Shown here one piece after another: positions 29,390 through 41,035 of a DNA stretch of 64,000 nucleotides; position 1 is the first letter of the stretch, and every line of letters begins with the position of its first letter. A program made the position numbers and the translations under genes. The stretch lies in NCBI GenBank assembly GCA_046290465.1, contig JBKAGP010000001.1, forward strand, positions 5,568,001-5,632,000, given 5' to 3'. Source of the DNA: Planctomycetota bacterium. Lineage in GTDB: Bacteria > Planctomycetota > UBA1135 > UBA2386. Below the pieces are notes generated by a model, which did not search any database, was not told the origin of the DNA, and saw only the letters and a list, made by a program, of their open reading frames with translations.

Positions 29390-30343
29390 TCAGTCGCTGC
29401 TCGGCGCCGCCGGGAACGCGCCGTAGAACGCCGTCTGCAGGGTCAGCGTGGTCGCTTCGCGCCCCGCCTGCGCAAACGCGTGCACCAGCCCCTTGGCGAT
29501 TTCGGGCACGCGGCCGGGCACCGTCGTGAAGGCGATCAGGCCGGGGCCGTGGCCGCAGATGGTGGCGCCGGCGGCGCCCGCGGCGACGGCGGCGTGCAGG
29601 GCTTCGTCGAGGCCGGGGACCAGGCGGCGGCGGTAGGGGAGGTGGATCTCGTCGGGCAGGCACGCGCGCAGCAGGTCCTCGTCGGCCTCGGCGAGCGCGC
29701 GCAGCACGCCGAGCGTCCGGCTGGTGCTGCGGCGGGTCGCCGCGTGCGGCAGGGTCGGCGGCAGCACGCGCTTGGTGTCGGCGGTGCCCATCTGCAGGTC
29801 GGGCAGCGCGATCACGTAGTGCCAGTCGGTGTGCACCGGATGCGGCAGCAGGCGGTGCCGGACCTCGGACTCCTGCGGCAGCGACAGCTGCGTGGTGACC
29901 GTCAGTCCGCCGAGCAGGGCCGCTGCGCCGTGGGCGCTGTCGGCGCCGAGCGGGATCATCGCGTCGATCGCGAGGTCGGCAGAAGGTCGCTTCTTCGCCA
30001 TGCGCGCGGCGATGCCGATGCCGGCCGCGTAGCTGGCCGAGATCGTGCCCATGCCGGTGCCGCGCGGGATCGTGCCTTCGACCGTGATCGACACGCCCTT
30101 GGCGAGCGAACAGCCGAACAGTTCGGCGCCGCGGCGCAGGCCGCGCAGCACCGGGTCGTGGCGCGGATCCTCCAGATGTGCCGACGGGTCGTCGCGGCGT
30201 TCGACGATCAGTTCGCCGTCGCTGCGCGGTTCGACGGTGATGCCGAGCGGCAGGTCGAGCGCCAGGCCGACGACCCCGTAGCCGGGGCCGAGGTTGGCCG
30301 CGCTGGCCGGCACGTGGAAGGTGATCGGGGTCGGCTTCGCCAC
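29390..30343 (-). CDS. thrB: Homoserine kinase (GHMP family)
   Basis: VPASAANLGPG, IPRGTGMG, AALLGG, HLPYRRRLVP, GATICGHGP; several motifs are divergent. Confidence 0.82.
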   Translation of the reverse strand: MAKPTPITFHVPASAANLGPGYGVVGLALDLPLGITVEPRSDGELIVERRDDPSAHLEDPRHDPVLRGLRRGAELFGCSLAKGVSITVEGTIPRGTGMGTISASYAAGIGIAARMAKKRPSADLAIDAMIPLGADSAHGAAALLGGLTVTTQLSLPQESEVRHRLLPHPVHTDWHYVIALPDLQMGTADTKRVLPPTLPHAATRRSTSRTLGVLRALAEADEDLLRACLPDEIHLPYRRRLVPGLDEALHAAVAAGAAGATICGHGPGLIAFTTVPGRVPEIAKGLVHAFAQAGREATTLTLQTAFYGAFPAAPSSD

Positions 30344-30368
30344 GACGGCATTATCGGCCGGGCCGGGC

Positions 30369-32090
30369 CTACGGGCGAACCCGGATCTCGAGCCGCTTGC
30401 CGTCGCGTTCGACGAACAGCGGCACGACCTCCAGGTCCGAGGCCGCCTTGCGGAACTCGGCCAGCAGTTCGCGGGCGTTGTCGACCGGCTCGTCGCCGAC
30501 CGCGACGAGCTGGTCGCCCGCCTGCAGCTTGCTGCGGCCGGCGATGCCGTCCTCGGTCACCGACTGCACCGTGACGCCGTCGAGCTCGAGGCCGAGCCAG
30601 GTCTCGACGATCAGCTGCGCGTCGACGCGGCCGCGGCGGCCGCCGGGCGTGGCCCGTTCGACGCCGTCGCGCGACAGCATGTGGTCGAGGTTGGCGACGC
30701 CGGCGGCGATCACCGCGAACACCGTCGCGTTGTGCTTCTGGAAGTCCGGGCGCACGATCGAGTAGGTGTCCCACTGCGAGTGCCAGCCGCGGCCGTAGGG
30801 GACCGGGCCCTTGAGGCTCCACGAGAACGCCGGCACGCCGACCGCCGCGAACGACGCGTGGTCGCTGCCGCCGCCGGCCGGCTTGACGACCTTGCGCGGG
30901 CGCAGCGTGAACACTTCGCCGTCGTGGTCCGGCTCGGGCGGCTGCATCGACGCCAGGATCGGCGCGACGATCTGCTCGAAGTCGCCGAGCTGCGATTCGG
31001 CGATGCCGAGCGCGTGGGCCCAGTTGGTGCCGCTGTCGTGGTTGAACACCGCCGACACCTTGTGCATGCGGGTGCGGTTCTGCACCACGTAGCCGCGCGA
31101 GCCGAGCAGGCCCTGCTCCTCGCCGCCCCACAGGATGAAGCGGATGGTGCGCTTGGGCGTGAAGCCGGCCTGCGTGATCAGCCGCGCGGCCTCGAGCGTC
31201 GAGCAGGTGCCGGTGCCGTTGTCGGTGGCGCCGGTCGCCTGGTGCCAGCTGTCGAGGTGGGCGCAGACGATCACGTATTCGTCGGGGAACTCGCTGCCCT
31301 TCAGGTCGGCGACGACGTTGTTGAGCGTGACCGGGCCGCGGGTCCAGCGGTTGCGCAGCTCGAACTCGACCACCACGGGCCGTTCGCCGGCGAGCGCCTG
31401 TTCGAGCTGTTCGCACTGGTCGTCGCGCACCACGGCCTGCGCCCAGCGCTGCCGATCCTCGAACGGCTTGAGCGCCGCGGTGCGGTCGCCGAACACGCGG
31501 ATCTGGTTGGGGTAGGCCTTGCTGTTCCAGCGTGTGCTGGTCGCCGACTGCGCGATGCCGTGCACGTTGTCGCGCTGCAGCAGTTCGCGCACGCGGTCGG
31601 CGAGGCCGCCGCGTGGCAGCGGGCCGTAGAGCCAGAAGCCGCCGTCGCCCGAGACCTGGGCGGCGATCCGTTCGAACGACTCGTCGTCGGTCGGCATCTT
31701 CAGCAGCGTGCCGCGCGCGATGCCGCGGGTGCCGCCGGTCCAGGCCGGGCACGCGACCTGCAGTTCGAGCTGAGCGGGCTCGACCATGCGACCCATCCAC
31801 TGCTCGCGGTCCCAGCGCACCTTCCACTCGCCCCACGGCACCAGGTTGGCCTCGAGGCCCATCGCGCGGAACTGCTCGACGGCCCAGTCGGCGGCGCGGT
31901 CGAACGCCAGTGAGCCGGTCAGGCGGCTGCCGTAGTCGTGGCACAGTTCGTCCTGAAACTGCATGACGCGGCTGTTGGCCGTGCCTTCGCGGATGATCTT
32001 CTGGGCGATCTCCGCGTGGTCCTGGCCCGGCAGCGCCGCGGCGCAGGCGGCGGCGAGCGTGACGAACGAAACGAGACGGGTCCGGTTCAT
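30369..32090 (-). CDS. Secreted M28 aminopeptidase (carboxypeptidase Q-like) with C-terminal PDZ domain
   Basis: AHLDSW, GATDNGTG, WGGEEQGLLGS, NHDSG, GSDHASF, HSQWDT; C-terminal LQAGDQLVAVG. Confidence 0.9.
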   Translation of the reverse strand: MNRTRLVSFVTLAAACAAALPGQDHAEIAQKIIREGTANSRVMQFQDELCHDYGSRLTGSLAFDRAADWAVEQFRAMGLEANLVPWGEWKVRWDREQWMGRMVEPAQLELQVACPAWTGGTRGIARGTLLKMPTDDESFERIAAQVSGDGGFWLYGPLPRGGLADRVRELLQRDNVHGIAQSATSTRWNSKAYPNQIRVFGDRTAALKPFEDRQRWAQAVVRDDQCEQLEQALAGERPVVVEFELRNRWTRGPVTLNNVVADLKGSEFPDEYVIVCAHLDSWHQATGATDNGTGTCSTLEAARLITQAGFTPKRTIRFILWGGEEQGLLGSRGYVVQNRTRMHKVSAVFNHDSGTNWAHALGIAESQLGDFEQIVAPILASMQPPEPDHDGEVFTLRPRKVVKPAGGGSDHASFAAVGVPAFSWSLKGPVPYGRGWHSQWDTYSIVRPDFQKHNATVFAVIAAGVANLDHMLSRDGVERATPGGRRGRVDAQLIVETWLGLELDGVTVQSVTEDGIAGRSKLQAGDQLVAVGDEPVDNARELLAEFRKAASDLEVVPLFVERDGKRLEIRVRP

Positions 32091-32150
32091 GGCGCCACCA
32101 TACGCACGCGTCGGCGTGGAAGATGGCGCGTCCTTGTCCCGTCTGCCCGG

Positions 32151-33992
<1,842 letters not shown>

Positions 33993-34317
33993 GGGCTCGT
34001 TCGAGACGGGGGACGAGGAAACGAGGACCAGGAAATCCTACCACCCTGACGTTGCGGGAAGCACGCTGACCGCGACGCCCGCACGCCGCCTCAGTTGCGT
34101 CAAGCCGAATGCCAGTCCGCCAGGGCCGGCATCGCCGACGCGCCCGGCATCACCGGGGTGCAGGCCTTGCGCCTTCACCAGCGGCACGGCCAGCTGCTGC
34201 TGGAGCACGACGCCTGCGCTGACCGGGCCGCCGCCGTGCTCCACGCGCACCTCGCCGAGACGTCGGACCGGTTGGCGGGATGGTTCGGCGACAAAACCCA
34301 ACGGACCCCAAAACCCA

Positions 34318-34356
34318 ACGGACCCCGCCACTGGCCTGGCCGGTGGCGGGGTCCGT
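34318..34356 (-). terminator. Long GC hairpin with T-rich tail, downstream of the ALDH gene
   Basis: ACGGACCCCGCCA (34318-30) pairs with TGGCGGGGTCCGT (34344-56); on the minus strand it is followed by TGGGTTTT. Confidence 0.7.
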
Positions 34357-34404
34357 GAGGTTTCGACGGGCAACCGAAGTTGCGAACCGAACCTGCGAAC
34401 CGGG

Positions 34405-35928
34405 TTAGCCGAACTGGATGCCCTGGGCGAGGGGGAGGCTGGTGCCCCAGTTGATGGTCTGGGTCTGGCGGCGCATGTAGGCCTTCCAGCTGTCGGAGCC
34501 GGACTCGCGGCCGCCGCCGGTCTCCTTCTCGCCGCCGAAGGCACCGCCGATCTCGGCGCCCGACGTGCCGATGTTGACGTTGGCGATGCCGCAGTCGCTG
34601 CCGATCGCCGACGTGAAGCGCTCGGCGGCGCGCACGTCGTTGGTGAAGATCGCGCTGCTCAGGCCCTGCGGCACGTCGTTGTTGCGCGCGATCGCCTCGT
34701 CGAGCGAACGGATCGGGATCAGGTAGAGGATCGGCGCGAACGTCTCCTCCTTGCAGATCGGCAGCGTCTCGGGGCAGCGCACGATCGTCGGCTGCACGTA
34801 GGCGCCGCCCTGGATCGTCGGCGCGACGCGCGCGCGCTTGCCGCCCTGCACGACCTTGCCGCCCTGCTCCCGGGCCGCGGCGATCGCGTCGCTGTAGGCC
34901 TGCGCCGACGCGTCGTCGATCAGCGGGCCGACCAGCGTCTTGGTCTCGAACGGGTTGCCGATCTTGCAGGTCTTGTAGGCCTTGATCAGGCGCGCCTGCA
35001 GCTTGTCGATGACCTTCTTGTGCACCAGCACGCGGCGCGTCGTGGTGCAGCGCTGGCCCGCCGTGCCGACCGCGCCGAACACGATTGCGCGCACCGCCAG
35101 GTCGAGGTCGCAGTCGTCCATGACGATGATTGCGTTGTTGCCGCCGAGCTCCAGCAGCGAACGGCCGAACCGCTGCGCGACGCGCGGGCCGACGATACGG
35201 CCCATGCGGGTGCTGCCGGTCGCCGACACCAGCGGCACGCGAGGGTCGTCGAGCAGCGCCGAGCCGACCGTCAGGTCCGGCCCGATCACGCAGCTGACCA
35301 GCGGCGCCCACTCCTTGCCGAGCACCTTCGCCGCGATGTTGGTCATCGCGATCGCCGTCAGCGGCGTCTTCAGCGACGGCTTCCAGATGCAGCTGTCGCC
35401 GCACACCAGCGCCAGCATCGCGTTCCACGCCCACACCGCGATCGGGAAGTTGAAGGCCGTGATGATGCCGACGTTGCCGAGCGGCTGCCACATCTCACGC
35501 ATGTGGTGCTGGTCGCGCTCGCTCTGGATCGTCAGGCCGTAGAGCTGGCGTGACAGACCGACCGCGAAGTCGGCGATGTCGATGCACTCCTGCGCCTCGC
35601 CGAGGCCCTCCTGCACGATCTTGCCGGCCTCGAGCGTCACCAGCTTGCCGAGCAGTTCCTTGTGCTCGCGGAACGCGTTGCCGATGCGGCGCACGTATTC
35701 GCCGCGCTGCGGCGCCGGCAGCTCGCGCCACTTCAAGAACGTCGCGTGCGCCTTCTTGCTGATGGCGGCGTAGTCGGCCGGCGTCGCCATGCGGACCTTG
35801 CCGACCTCCTTGCCGTGGACGGGCGACTTGACCGAGAGCAGTTCGCCCTTGGTCTTGCGCCAGGTGCCATCGAAGGCGCCACTGTGGATCTTGTTGACGC
35901 CGAGCTTCTTCAGGAAGGTGGTGTTCAT
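34405..35928 (-). CDS. Aldehyde dehydrogenase family 7 (antiquitin / piperideine-6-carboxylate dehydrogenase-like)
   Basis: GLSRQLYG, ITAFNFP, ATGST, LELGGNN, GTAGQRCTT, GAEIGGAFGGEKETGGGRESGSDSW. Confidence 0.95.
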   Translation of the reverse strand: MNTTFLKKLGVNKIHSGAFDGTWRKTKGELLSVKSPVHGKEVGKVRMATPADYAAISKKAHATFLKWRELPAPQRGEYVRRIGNAFREHKELLGKLVTLEAGKIVQEGLGEAQECIDIADFAVGLSRQLYGLTIQSERDQHHMREMWQPLGNVGIITAFNFPIAVWAWNAMLALVCGDSCIWKPSLKTPLTAIAMTNIAAKVLGKEWAPLVSCVIGPDLTVGSALLDDPRVPLVSATGSTRMGRIVGPRVAQRFGRSLLELGGNNAIIVMDDCDLDLAVRAIVFGAVGTAGQRCTTTRRVLVHKKVIDKLQARLIKAYKTCKIGNPFETKTLVGPLIDDASAQAYSDAIAAAREQGGKVVQGGKRARVAPTIQGGAYVQPTIVRCPETLPICKEETFAPILYLIPIRSLDEAIARNNDVPQGLSSAIFTNDVRAAERFTSAIGSDCGIANVNIGTSGAEIGGAFGGEKETGGGRESGSDSWKAYMRRQTQTINWGTSLPLAQGIQFG

Positions 35929-36002
35929 TCGCGAGGCACTGTCCACGCCCGGCGGCGGCGAGACAAGCCTTGTCGGCGCAAGCCCGCCGATCGCGTCCTG
36001 CC

Positions 36003-36091
36003 GACCCAGACCCAAGGACCCAGACCCAAAGACCCACACCCGCCGCCGATCCAGGCCCGACGATCCAGACCCGACGATCCAGACCCGACGA
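36003..36091. repeat. Intergenic degenerate 14-bp tandem repeat (six units)
   Basis: GACCCAGACCCAAR-type x3 then CGATCCAGRCCCGA x3. Confidence 0.75.
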
Positions 36092-36125
36092 GCCACGGCC
36101 GCCATGCGAGCCCCCACCAACGCAA

Positions 36126-36161
36126 ACCGGCCCGCAGCGCCACGAGGCGCTGCGGGCCGGT
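36126..36161 (-). terminator. Perfect 16-bp-stem hairpin downstream of the SdrD-like gene
   Basis: ACCGGCCCGCAGCGCC-ACGA-GGCGCTGCGGGCCGGT. Confidence 0.65.
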
Positions 36162-36200
36162 CGTCGCGGCGGGCAACAGCCCGCCGTTGCCGGATCGGGC

Positions 36201-37508
36201 CTACTGCCAGATCTGGTTGTTGTTGGCGCGGTCGAGCGCGTTCTTCAGCTTGCGCTGCTGCCAGCGGGCCGCGCCGCTGCACGGCGGGGTGAACGGGTTG
36301 GCGCACAGGCTCGCGACCGCCTGCTGCATCAGGTCGGCGATCGTCATCTGGCCGAGGCACGGGTCGTCGATGACGCAGTTGGCGTCGACGAAGCCGACCG
36401 TGACGTTGTTGTGCATCGCGACGAGCTGGGCCGACAGCATGTAGGCCATGTTCCAGCTGCGGGCGCGGCGCATCCAGCGGCGGTATTCGCACAGGTTGCT
36501 CGGCGCGACGTACTGGCCGCAGTGGTTGACGATGCACAGGTTCGGCAGCATCGCGAGGATGCCGTACTGGTCGACCAGCTGGCGGCCGTGGCGGTTGCGC
36601 CAGAAGCCGATCGTGCGGGCGTCGCAGTTCATCTGCGACATCGCGACGCCGAAGTCGCCGCCTTCCTTGTCGGCGCAGGCGCAGGCCTCGATCGCGTTGG
36701 CGGTGCTGCCGGTCGCGACGTAGCCGGCCTGCAGCGTCAGTTCGACGGTGAAGCTGCCCTCACCGGCGTTCTCGAACCGGTAGTCGCCGTTGCCGTCGGT
36801 CAGCGTGCTGATCGAGTTGACGCCGTCGACGAGCTTGACCTCCCAGCCGGCGAGGCCGAGCTCACCGTTGTCCTGGACGCCGTTGCCGTTGTCGTCGGCG
36901 AACACCGTGCCGGTGATGTCGCCGCCGTTGCCGTCGCCGATGCGGAAGCTGTGGTACGAACGCACGCGGCAGGCGCCGGTTGCCGGGTCGAGGCCGCCGG
37001 CCAGCAGGTACGGGTTCTCCGGACCGTTGGTCAGGTCCCAGCTGTCGCCGTACCAGACCTTGAAGTTGCACTGCGAGTACTGCGAGGCGCGGAACGGGTT
37101 GAGCAGCAGGCTCTGGCCATTGCCGTTCAGGCCGGTGCCGAGCGTGATCTGCGCCGGGTTGCTCGAGAACGGGAACGACAGCGTGATCACGCCGCCCTGG
37201 TTGTCGACCGTGACGAAGCGGTCCATCGGGTCGTTCTCGGAGACGACCTCGTCCATGCCGTTGATCGGCGTGTCCGTGACGTGCACGTAGTAGGTGCCGC
37301 TCGGCAGGTTCGGATCGAACGCCAGGTAGACCTCTTCGGTCGGGACCAGGAACGTGTTCTCGTTGGCGACCGGGTCGAAGGTCGTGCTCAGTTCGTTGCC
37401 GGCCGCGTCCACGATGTGGACCGGGTAGGTGTTGTCGGAACAGAACTGGGCGGTGGCGGAGCTGGCGAGGGCGGTCGCGGCAGCAAGGGCGAGGAATCGG
37501 TTGCTCAT
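36201..37508 (-). CDS. Secreted SdrD B-like domain protein with Cys-rich helical C-domain
   Basis: Signal peptide; GTVFADDNGNGVQDNGELGLAGW..TDGNGDYRF; ARTIGFWRN...MAYMLSAQL. Confidence 0.82.
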   Translation of the reverse strand: MSNRFLALAAATALASSATAQFCSDNTYPVHIVDAAGNELSTTFDPVANENTFLVPTEEVYLAFDPNLPSGTYYVHVTDTPINGMDEVVSENDPMDRFVTVDNQGGVITLSFPFSSNPAQITLGTGLNGNGQSLLLNPFRASQYSQCNFKVWYGDSWDLTNGPENPYLLAGGLDPATGACRVRSYHSFRIGDGNGGDITGTVFADDNGNGVQDNGELGLAGWEVKLVDGVNSISTLTDGNGDYRFENAGEGSFTVELTLQAGYVATGSTANAIEACACADKEGGDFGVAMSQMNCDARTIGFWRNRHGRQLVDQYGILAMLPNLCIVNHCGQYVAPSNLCEYRRWMRRARSWNMAYMLSAQLVAMHNNVTVGFVDANCVIDDPCLGQMTIADLMQQAVASLCANPFTPPCSGAARWQQRKLKNALDRANNNQIWQ

Positions 37509-37751
37509 GATGTCGGTCAGAGTGAGGAGAGTTGCAGTCGGGTGTGCTCGGAAGGGCGTAGCACCAGGCGGGGTGCCGTCCTGGCTTCTTCCGCGGATAG
37601 GTAACCCCGCTTTTGACGCCTCAGCGGATCTCGGCGGCGGCGCCGCGAACGGCCGTCGCGGAGCGCCCCATGCCACCGCCGATTCGCGCGTCCCTTCGCG
37701 AGACGGCACTGCACACTTTTTGTTGCGGGGGCGCTCTGCTACCAACGGAGC

Positions 37752-39734
37752 GTGCTGGAACAGTTCCTGCTCGAACTGGCGCTGCTGTTCGCGTTGTGCG
37801 TCGCCGTCGCGGTGACGTTCCACCGGCTGCGGCTGCCGCCGATCGTCGGCTTCCTGGTCGCCGGCGTAGTCGTCGGCCCCCATGCCGTGGGCCTCGTGCA
37901 CCACGAGGAGCTGGTGCGCGAGCTGGCCGAGGTCGGCATCGTGGTGCTGCTGTTCGCGGTCGGCCTCGAGGTGCCGCTGCGGCAGCTGCGCCGGCTGCGG
38001 CGCGCGATCGTGCTCGGCGGCGGCGTGCAGATCGTGGCGACCATCGCGCTGGCGGCCGGTGCCTGCCTGCTGCTCGGCCTGGACGCGCGCCAGTCGCTGT
38101 TCCTCGGGTTCCTGCTGAGCCTGTCGAGCACCGCGGCGGCGACCAAGATGCTGGTCGACCACGGCGAGCTCGGCGCGCCGCACGGGCGCACCGTGCTCGG
38201 GGTCGCGGTCGCGCAGGACCTGGCGGTGGTGCCGATGATCGTGCTGATCCCGCTGCTCGGCAGCGGCGGCGGCGGCGGCGAACAGGAAGGCGCGACGCCG
38301 CAGGTGTTCGGCAACCTCGCGCTGCTCGCCGGCCTCGTCGTGCTCGCCAAGCTGCTGGTCAAGCCGCTGGTCGCGCTGGTCTGCGGCACGCGCAACCGCG
38401 AGCTGTTCGTGCTGTTCCTGGCGACCTGGTGCCTGGGCCTCGCCGCGATCACCGCGCACCTCGGCATGTCGCTGGCGCTCGGCGCGTTCCTCGCCGGCAT
38501 CCTGCTCGCCGACAGCGACCACCACAGCCAGGCAGCGGCCGAGGTCGAGCCGTTCCGCGACGCGTTCGCGAGCCTGTTCTTCGTGTCGATCGGCATGCTG
38601 TTCGACTGGCAGACGATCGCGTCGGCGCCGGGCACCGTCGCGGCGATCGTGGTCGCGGTCGTGCTCGGCAAGGCGGTCGTCGTGCTGGCCGCGGCGTGGC
38701 TGCTGGGCCAGCCGTTCTGGGTGCGCGTGCGCGCCGCGCTGACGCTGGCGCAGGTCGGGGAGTTCTCGTTCGTGCTGGTGCAGCTCGGCAAACAGAACGC
38801 GCTGCTGCCGGGCTCGGCCGAGGCGCTGTTCGTGGTCGCGGCGGTGGTGTCGATCGCCGCGACGCCGCTGCTCTACGCGCTCGGCCAGCGGCTGGCGCTG
38901 CGGGCGCGCGGGTCGACGGCGGCGGCGCGTGAGCCGGCCGCCGACGAGGGCCGCACCGCCCATGCGGTGATCGTCGGCTTCGGGCCGACCGGCCGGGTCG
39001 TCGCGGCCGGGCTCGCGTCCGCCAGGATCCCGTACGTGGTCGCCGAGATGAACGCGGCGACGGTGCGCGCCGAGAAGGAGCGCGGCGTGCCGATCGTGCT
39101 CGCCGACGCGACCCGGATCTCGGTGCTCAACAGCCTCGGCGTCACCCGCGCGCAGCTGGTCGTGCTGGCGATCAACGACGGCACGGCGACGCGGCGGATC
39201 GCGCAGCTGGTCAGCCAGCACGCGCCGCACGCGCACATCCTGGCGCGCGCCTCGTACGAGAACGAGGTCGCCCCGCTGCAGCGCAGCGGCGCGCACGAGG
39301 TCGTGCCGCAGGAACTGGAGGCGTCGGTCGAGATCCTGGTGCGGGTGCTGCGCCGCTTCCTGGTCACCGACGACGAGATCGGCCGCCAGGTGCGCGCCGT
39401 GCGCGACCGCGCCGGCGCCGGTGGTCGTGCCGCCGACGTGCCGGGCAGCGCGGTCGACGACGTCACCGGGTTCGTGCCGGGGCTCGCGTTCGCGGTGCGG
39501 CGGGTGCAGGCCGGCGCGCCGGTCGCCGGCCGCACGCTGGCCGAGTCGGGGGTGCGCCGCCATACCGGCTGCAGCGTCGTCGCGGTCCGTCGCGGCGAGG
39601 AGAGCATCGCCGCGGTCCATCCCGAGACGGTGCTCGAGGTCGGCGATACCGTGGTCGTCATCGGGCCGCAGTTGCGCCTCGCGGACGCCGCGGAGATGTT
39701 CGCGGCGCCGTCGTCCGATCCGACGCATACCTGA
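37752..39734 (+). CDS. CPA2 (Kef-type) cation/proton antiporter with TrkA-N and TrkA-C (RCK) domains
   Basis: LSSTA, QDL, FFVSIG, LAQVGEFSFV; IVGFGPTG; C-terminal VVAVRRG...GDTVVVIG. Confidence 0.92.
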   Translation: MLEQFLLELALLFALCVAVAVTFHRLRLPPIVGFLVAGVVVGPHAVGLVHHEELVRELAEVGIVVLLFAVGLEVPLRQLRRLRRAIVLGGGVQIVATIALAAGACLLLGLDARQSLFLGFLLSLSSTAAATKMLVDHGELGAPHGRTVLGVAVAQDLAVVPMIVLIPLLGSGGGGGEQEGATPQVFGNLALLAGLVVLAKLLVKPLVALVCGTRNRELFVLFLATWCLGLAAITAHLGMSLALGAFLAGILLADSDHHSQAAAEVEPFRDAFASLFFVSIGMLFDWQTIASAPGTVAAIVVAVVLGKAVVVLAAAWLLGQPFWVRVRAALTLAQVGEFSFVLVQLGKQNALLPGSAEALFVVAAVVSIAATPLLYALGQRLALRARGSTAAAREPAADEGRTAHAVIVGFGPTGRVVAAGLASARIPYVVAEMNAATVRAEKERGVPIVLADATRISVLNSLGVTRAQLVVLAINDGTATRRIAQLVSQHAPHAHILARASYENEVAPLQRSGAHEVVPQELEASVEILVRVLRRFLVTDDEIGRQVRAVRDRAGAGGRAADVPGSAVDDVTGFVPGLAFAVRRVQAGAPVAGRTLAESGVRRHTGCSVVAVRRGEESIAAVHPETVLEVGDTVVVIGPQLRLADAAEMFAAPSSDPTHT

Positions 39735-39735
39735 C

Positions 39736-40935
39736 ATGAAGCTCAACTACACGATGATGGCGCTGGTCTGCATGGGCCTGTCGGTGCCGCTCGTCTACCA
39801 CCTGGCGACCCGCAACGACGGCGGCGAGGCGCCGACCGTGCGGTTTGCGACGTTCAACCTGGCGCTCAACCGGGCCGAGCCCGGGGCGCTGCTGGCAGAG
39901 CTGCGCGGCGGCGGCAGCGAGCCCGCGCGGCAGCTGGCCGAGATCGTGCAGCGCACACAGGTCGACGTGATCCTGCTCAACGAACTCGACCGCGACGACG
40001 CCGGCGCGGCGATGCACGTGTTCGCCGACGAGTACCTTTCGGTCTCGCAGGGCGCGCAGGACCCGATCGCGTTCCCGTATCGTTACGTGGCGCCGGTCAA
40101 CACCGGCGTGCCGTCCGGCAAGGACCTCGACGGCGACGGCAAGGTCGAGGGGCCGCAGGACGCGTTCGGCTACGGCCGCTTCCCCGGCCAGTACGGCATG
40201 GCGCTGCTGTCGCGCTACCCGATCCTCGAGGATCGCGTGCGCACGTTCCAGCAGGTCCGGTGGAGCGCGATGCCGGACGCGCTGCGGCCCGACGGCTACT
40301 ACCCCGACGACGTCTGGCAGCACCTGCGGCTGTCCTCGAAGAGCCACTGGGACGTGCCGATCGGCGTCGGCACCACCGAGGACGGCTACGTGGTGCACGC
40401 GCTGTGCAGCCACCCGACGCCGCCGGCGTTCGACGGCGACGAGGATCGCAACGGTTGCCGCAACCACGACGAGATCCGCTTCTGGGTCGACTACCTCACG
40501 CCCGATCGTGCCGGTTGGATCGTCGACGATGCGGGGGCTGCGGGTGGGCTTGCGGCGGGGGAGTCGTTCGTGGTGATGGGGGACCTCAACTGCGATCCGG
40601 TCGACGGCGACGCGCGGCGCGAGGCGCTGCTGGCGCTGCTGGCGCATGCGCGCGTGCAGGATCCGCAGCCGAAGAGCCTCGGTGGGCCCGAGCAGAAGAT
40701 GAAGCAGTTCGGCGTCAACATGCAGCATCGTGGCGACGCCGCGCTCGACACCGGCGACTTCGGCGACAAGCCGGGCGAAGGGCCGGGCAACCTGCGCGTC
40801 GACTACGTGCTGCCGTCGAGCGACCTGAAGGTGACGCGAGCCGGCGTGTTCTGGCCGCAGGCGTTCGAGCAGACGCTGCAGCTGGCGGAGGCGTCCGACC
40901 ACCGGCTGGTCTGGGTCGAATTCGCGGGTCGGTAA
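39736..40935 (+). CDS. Exported endonuclease/exonuclease/phosphatase (EEP) family protein
   Basis: RFATFN, DVILLNE, SSKSHWD, HPTPPAFD, MGDLN, LRVDYVLPS, SDHRLVW. Confidence 0.88.
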   Translation: MKLNYTMMALVCMGLSVPLVYHLATRNDGGEAPTVRFATFNLALNRAEPGALLAELRGGGSEPARQLAEIVQRTQVDVILLNELDRDDAGAAMHVFADEYLSVSQGAQDPIAFPYRYVAPVNTGVPSGKDLDGDGKVEGPQDAFGYGRFPGQYGMALLSRYPILEDRVRTFQQVRWSAMPDALRPDGYYPDDVWQHLRLSSKSHWDVPIGVGTTEDGYVVHALCSHPTPPAFDGDEDRNGCRNHDEIRFWVDYLTPDRAGWIVDDAGAAGGLAAGESFVVMGDLNCDPVDGDARREALLALLAHARVQDPQPKSLGGPEQKMKQFGVNMQHRGDAALDTGDFGDKPGEGPGNLRVDYVLPSSDLKVTRAGVFWPQAFEQTLQLAEASDHRLVWVEFAGR

Positions 40936-41035
40936 CGAGCGCGTCGCGCCGGCCGGTTTCGTCCGGGTTGGGTTTGGTCGGGGTGGCTGCTTGGGGCACG
41001 ATGGCGCGACGTCCCGGGCACCCCTCTCCCAGCCA

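Noticed and set aside
34038..34358. Small ORFs between the CRTAC1-like gene and the ALDH terminator
   Set aside because: No RBS, motif or consistent codon bias that identifies a frame; could be a gene remnant but cannot be supported
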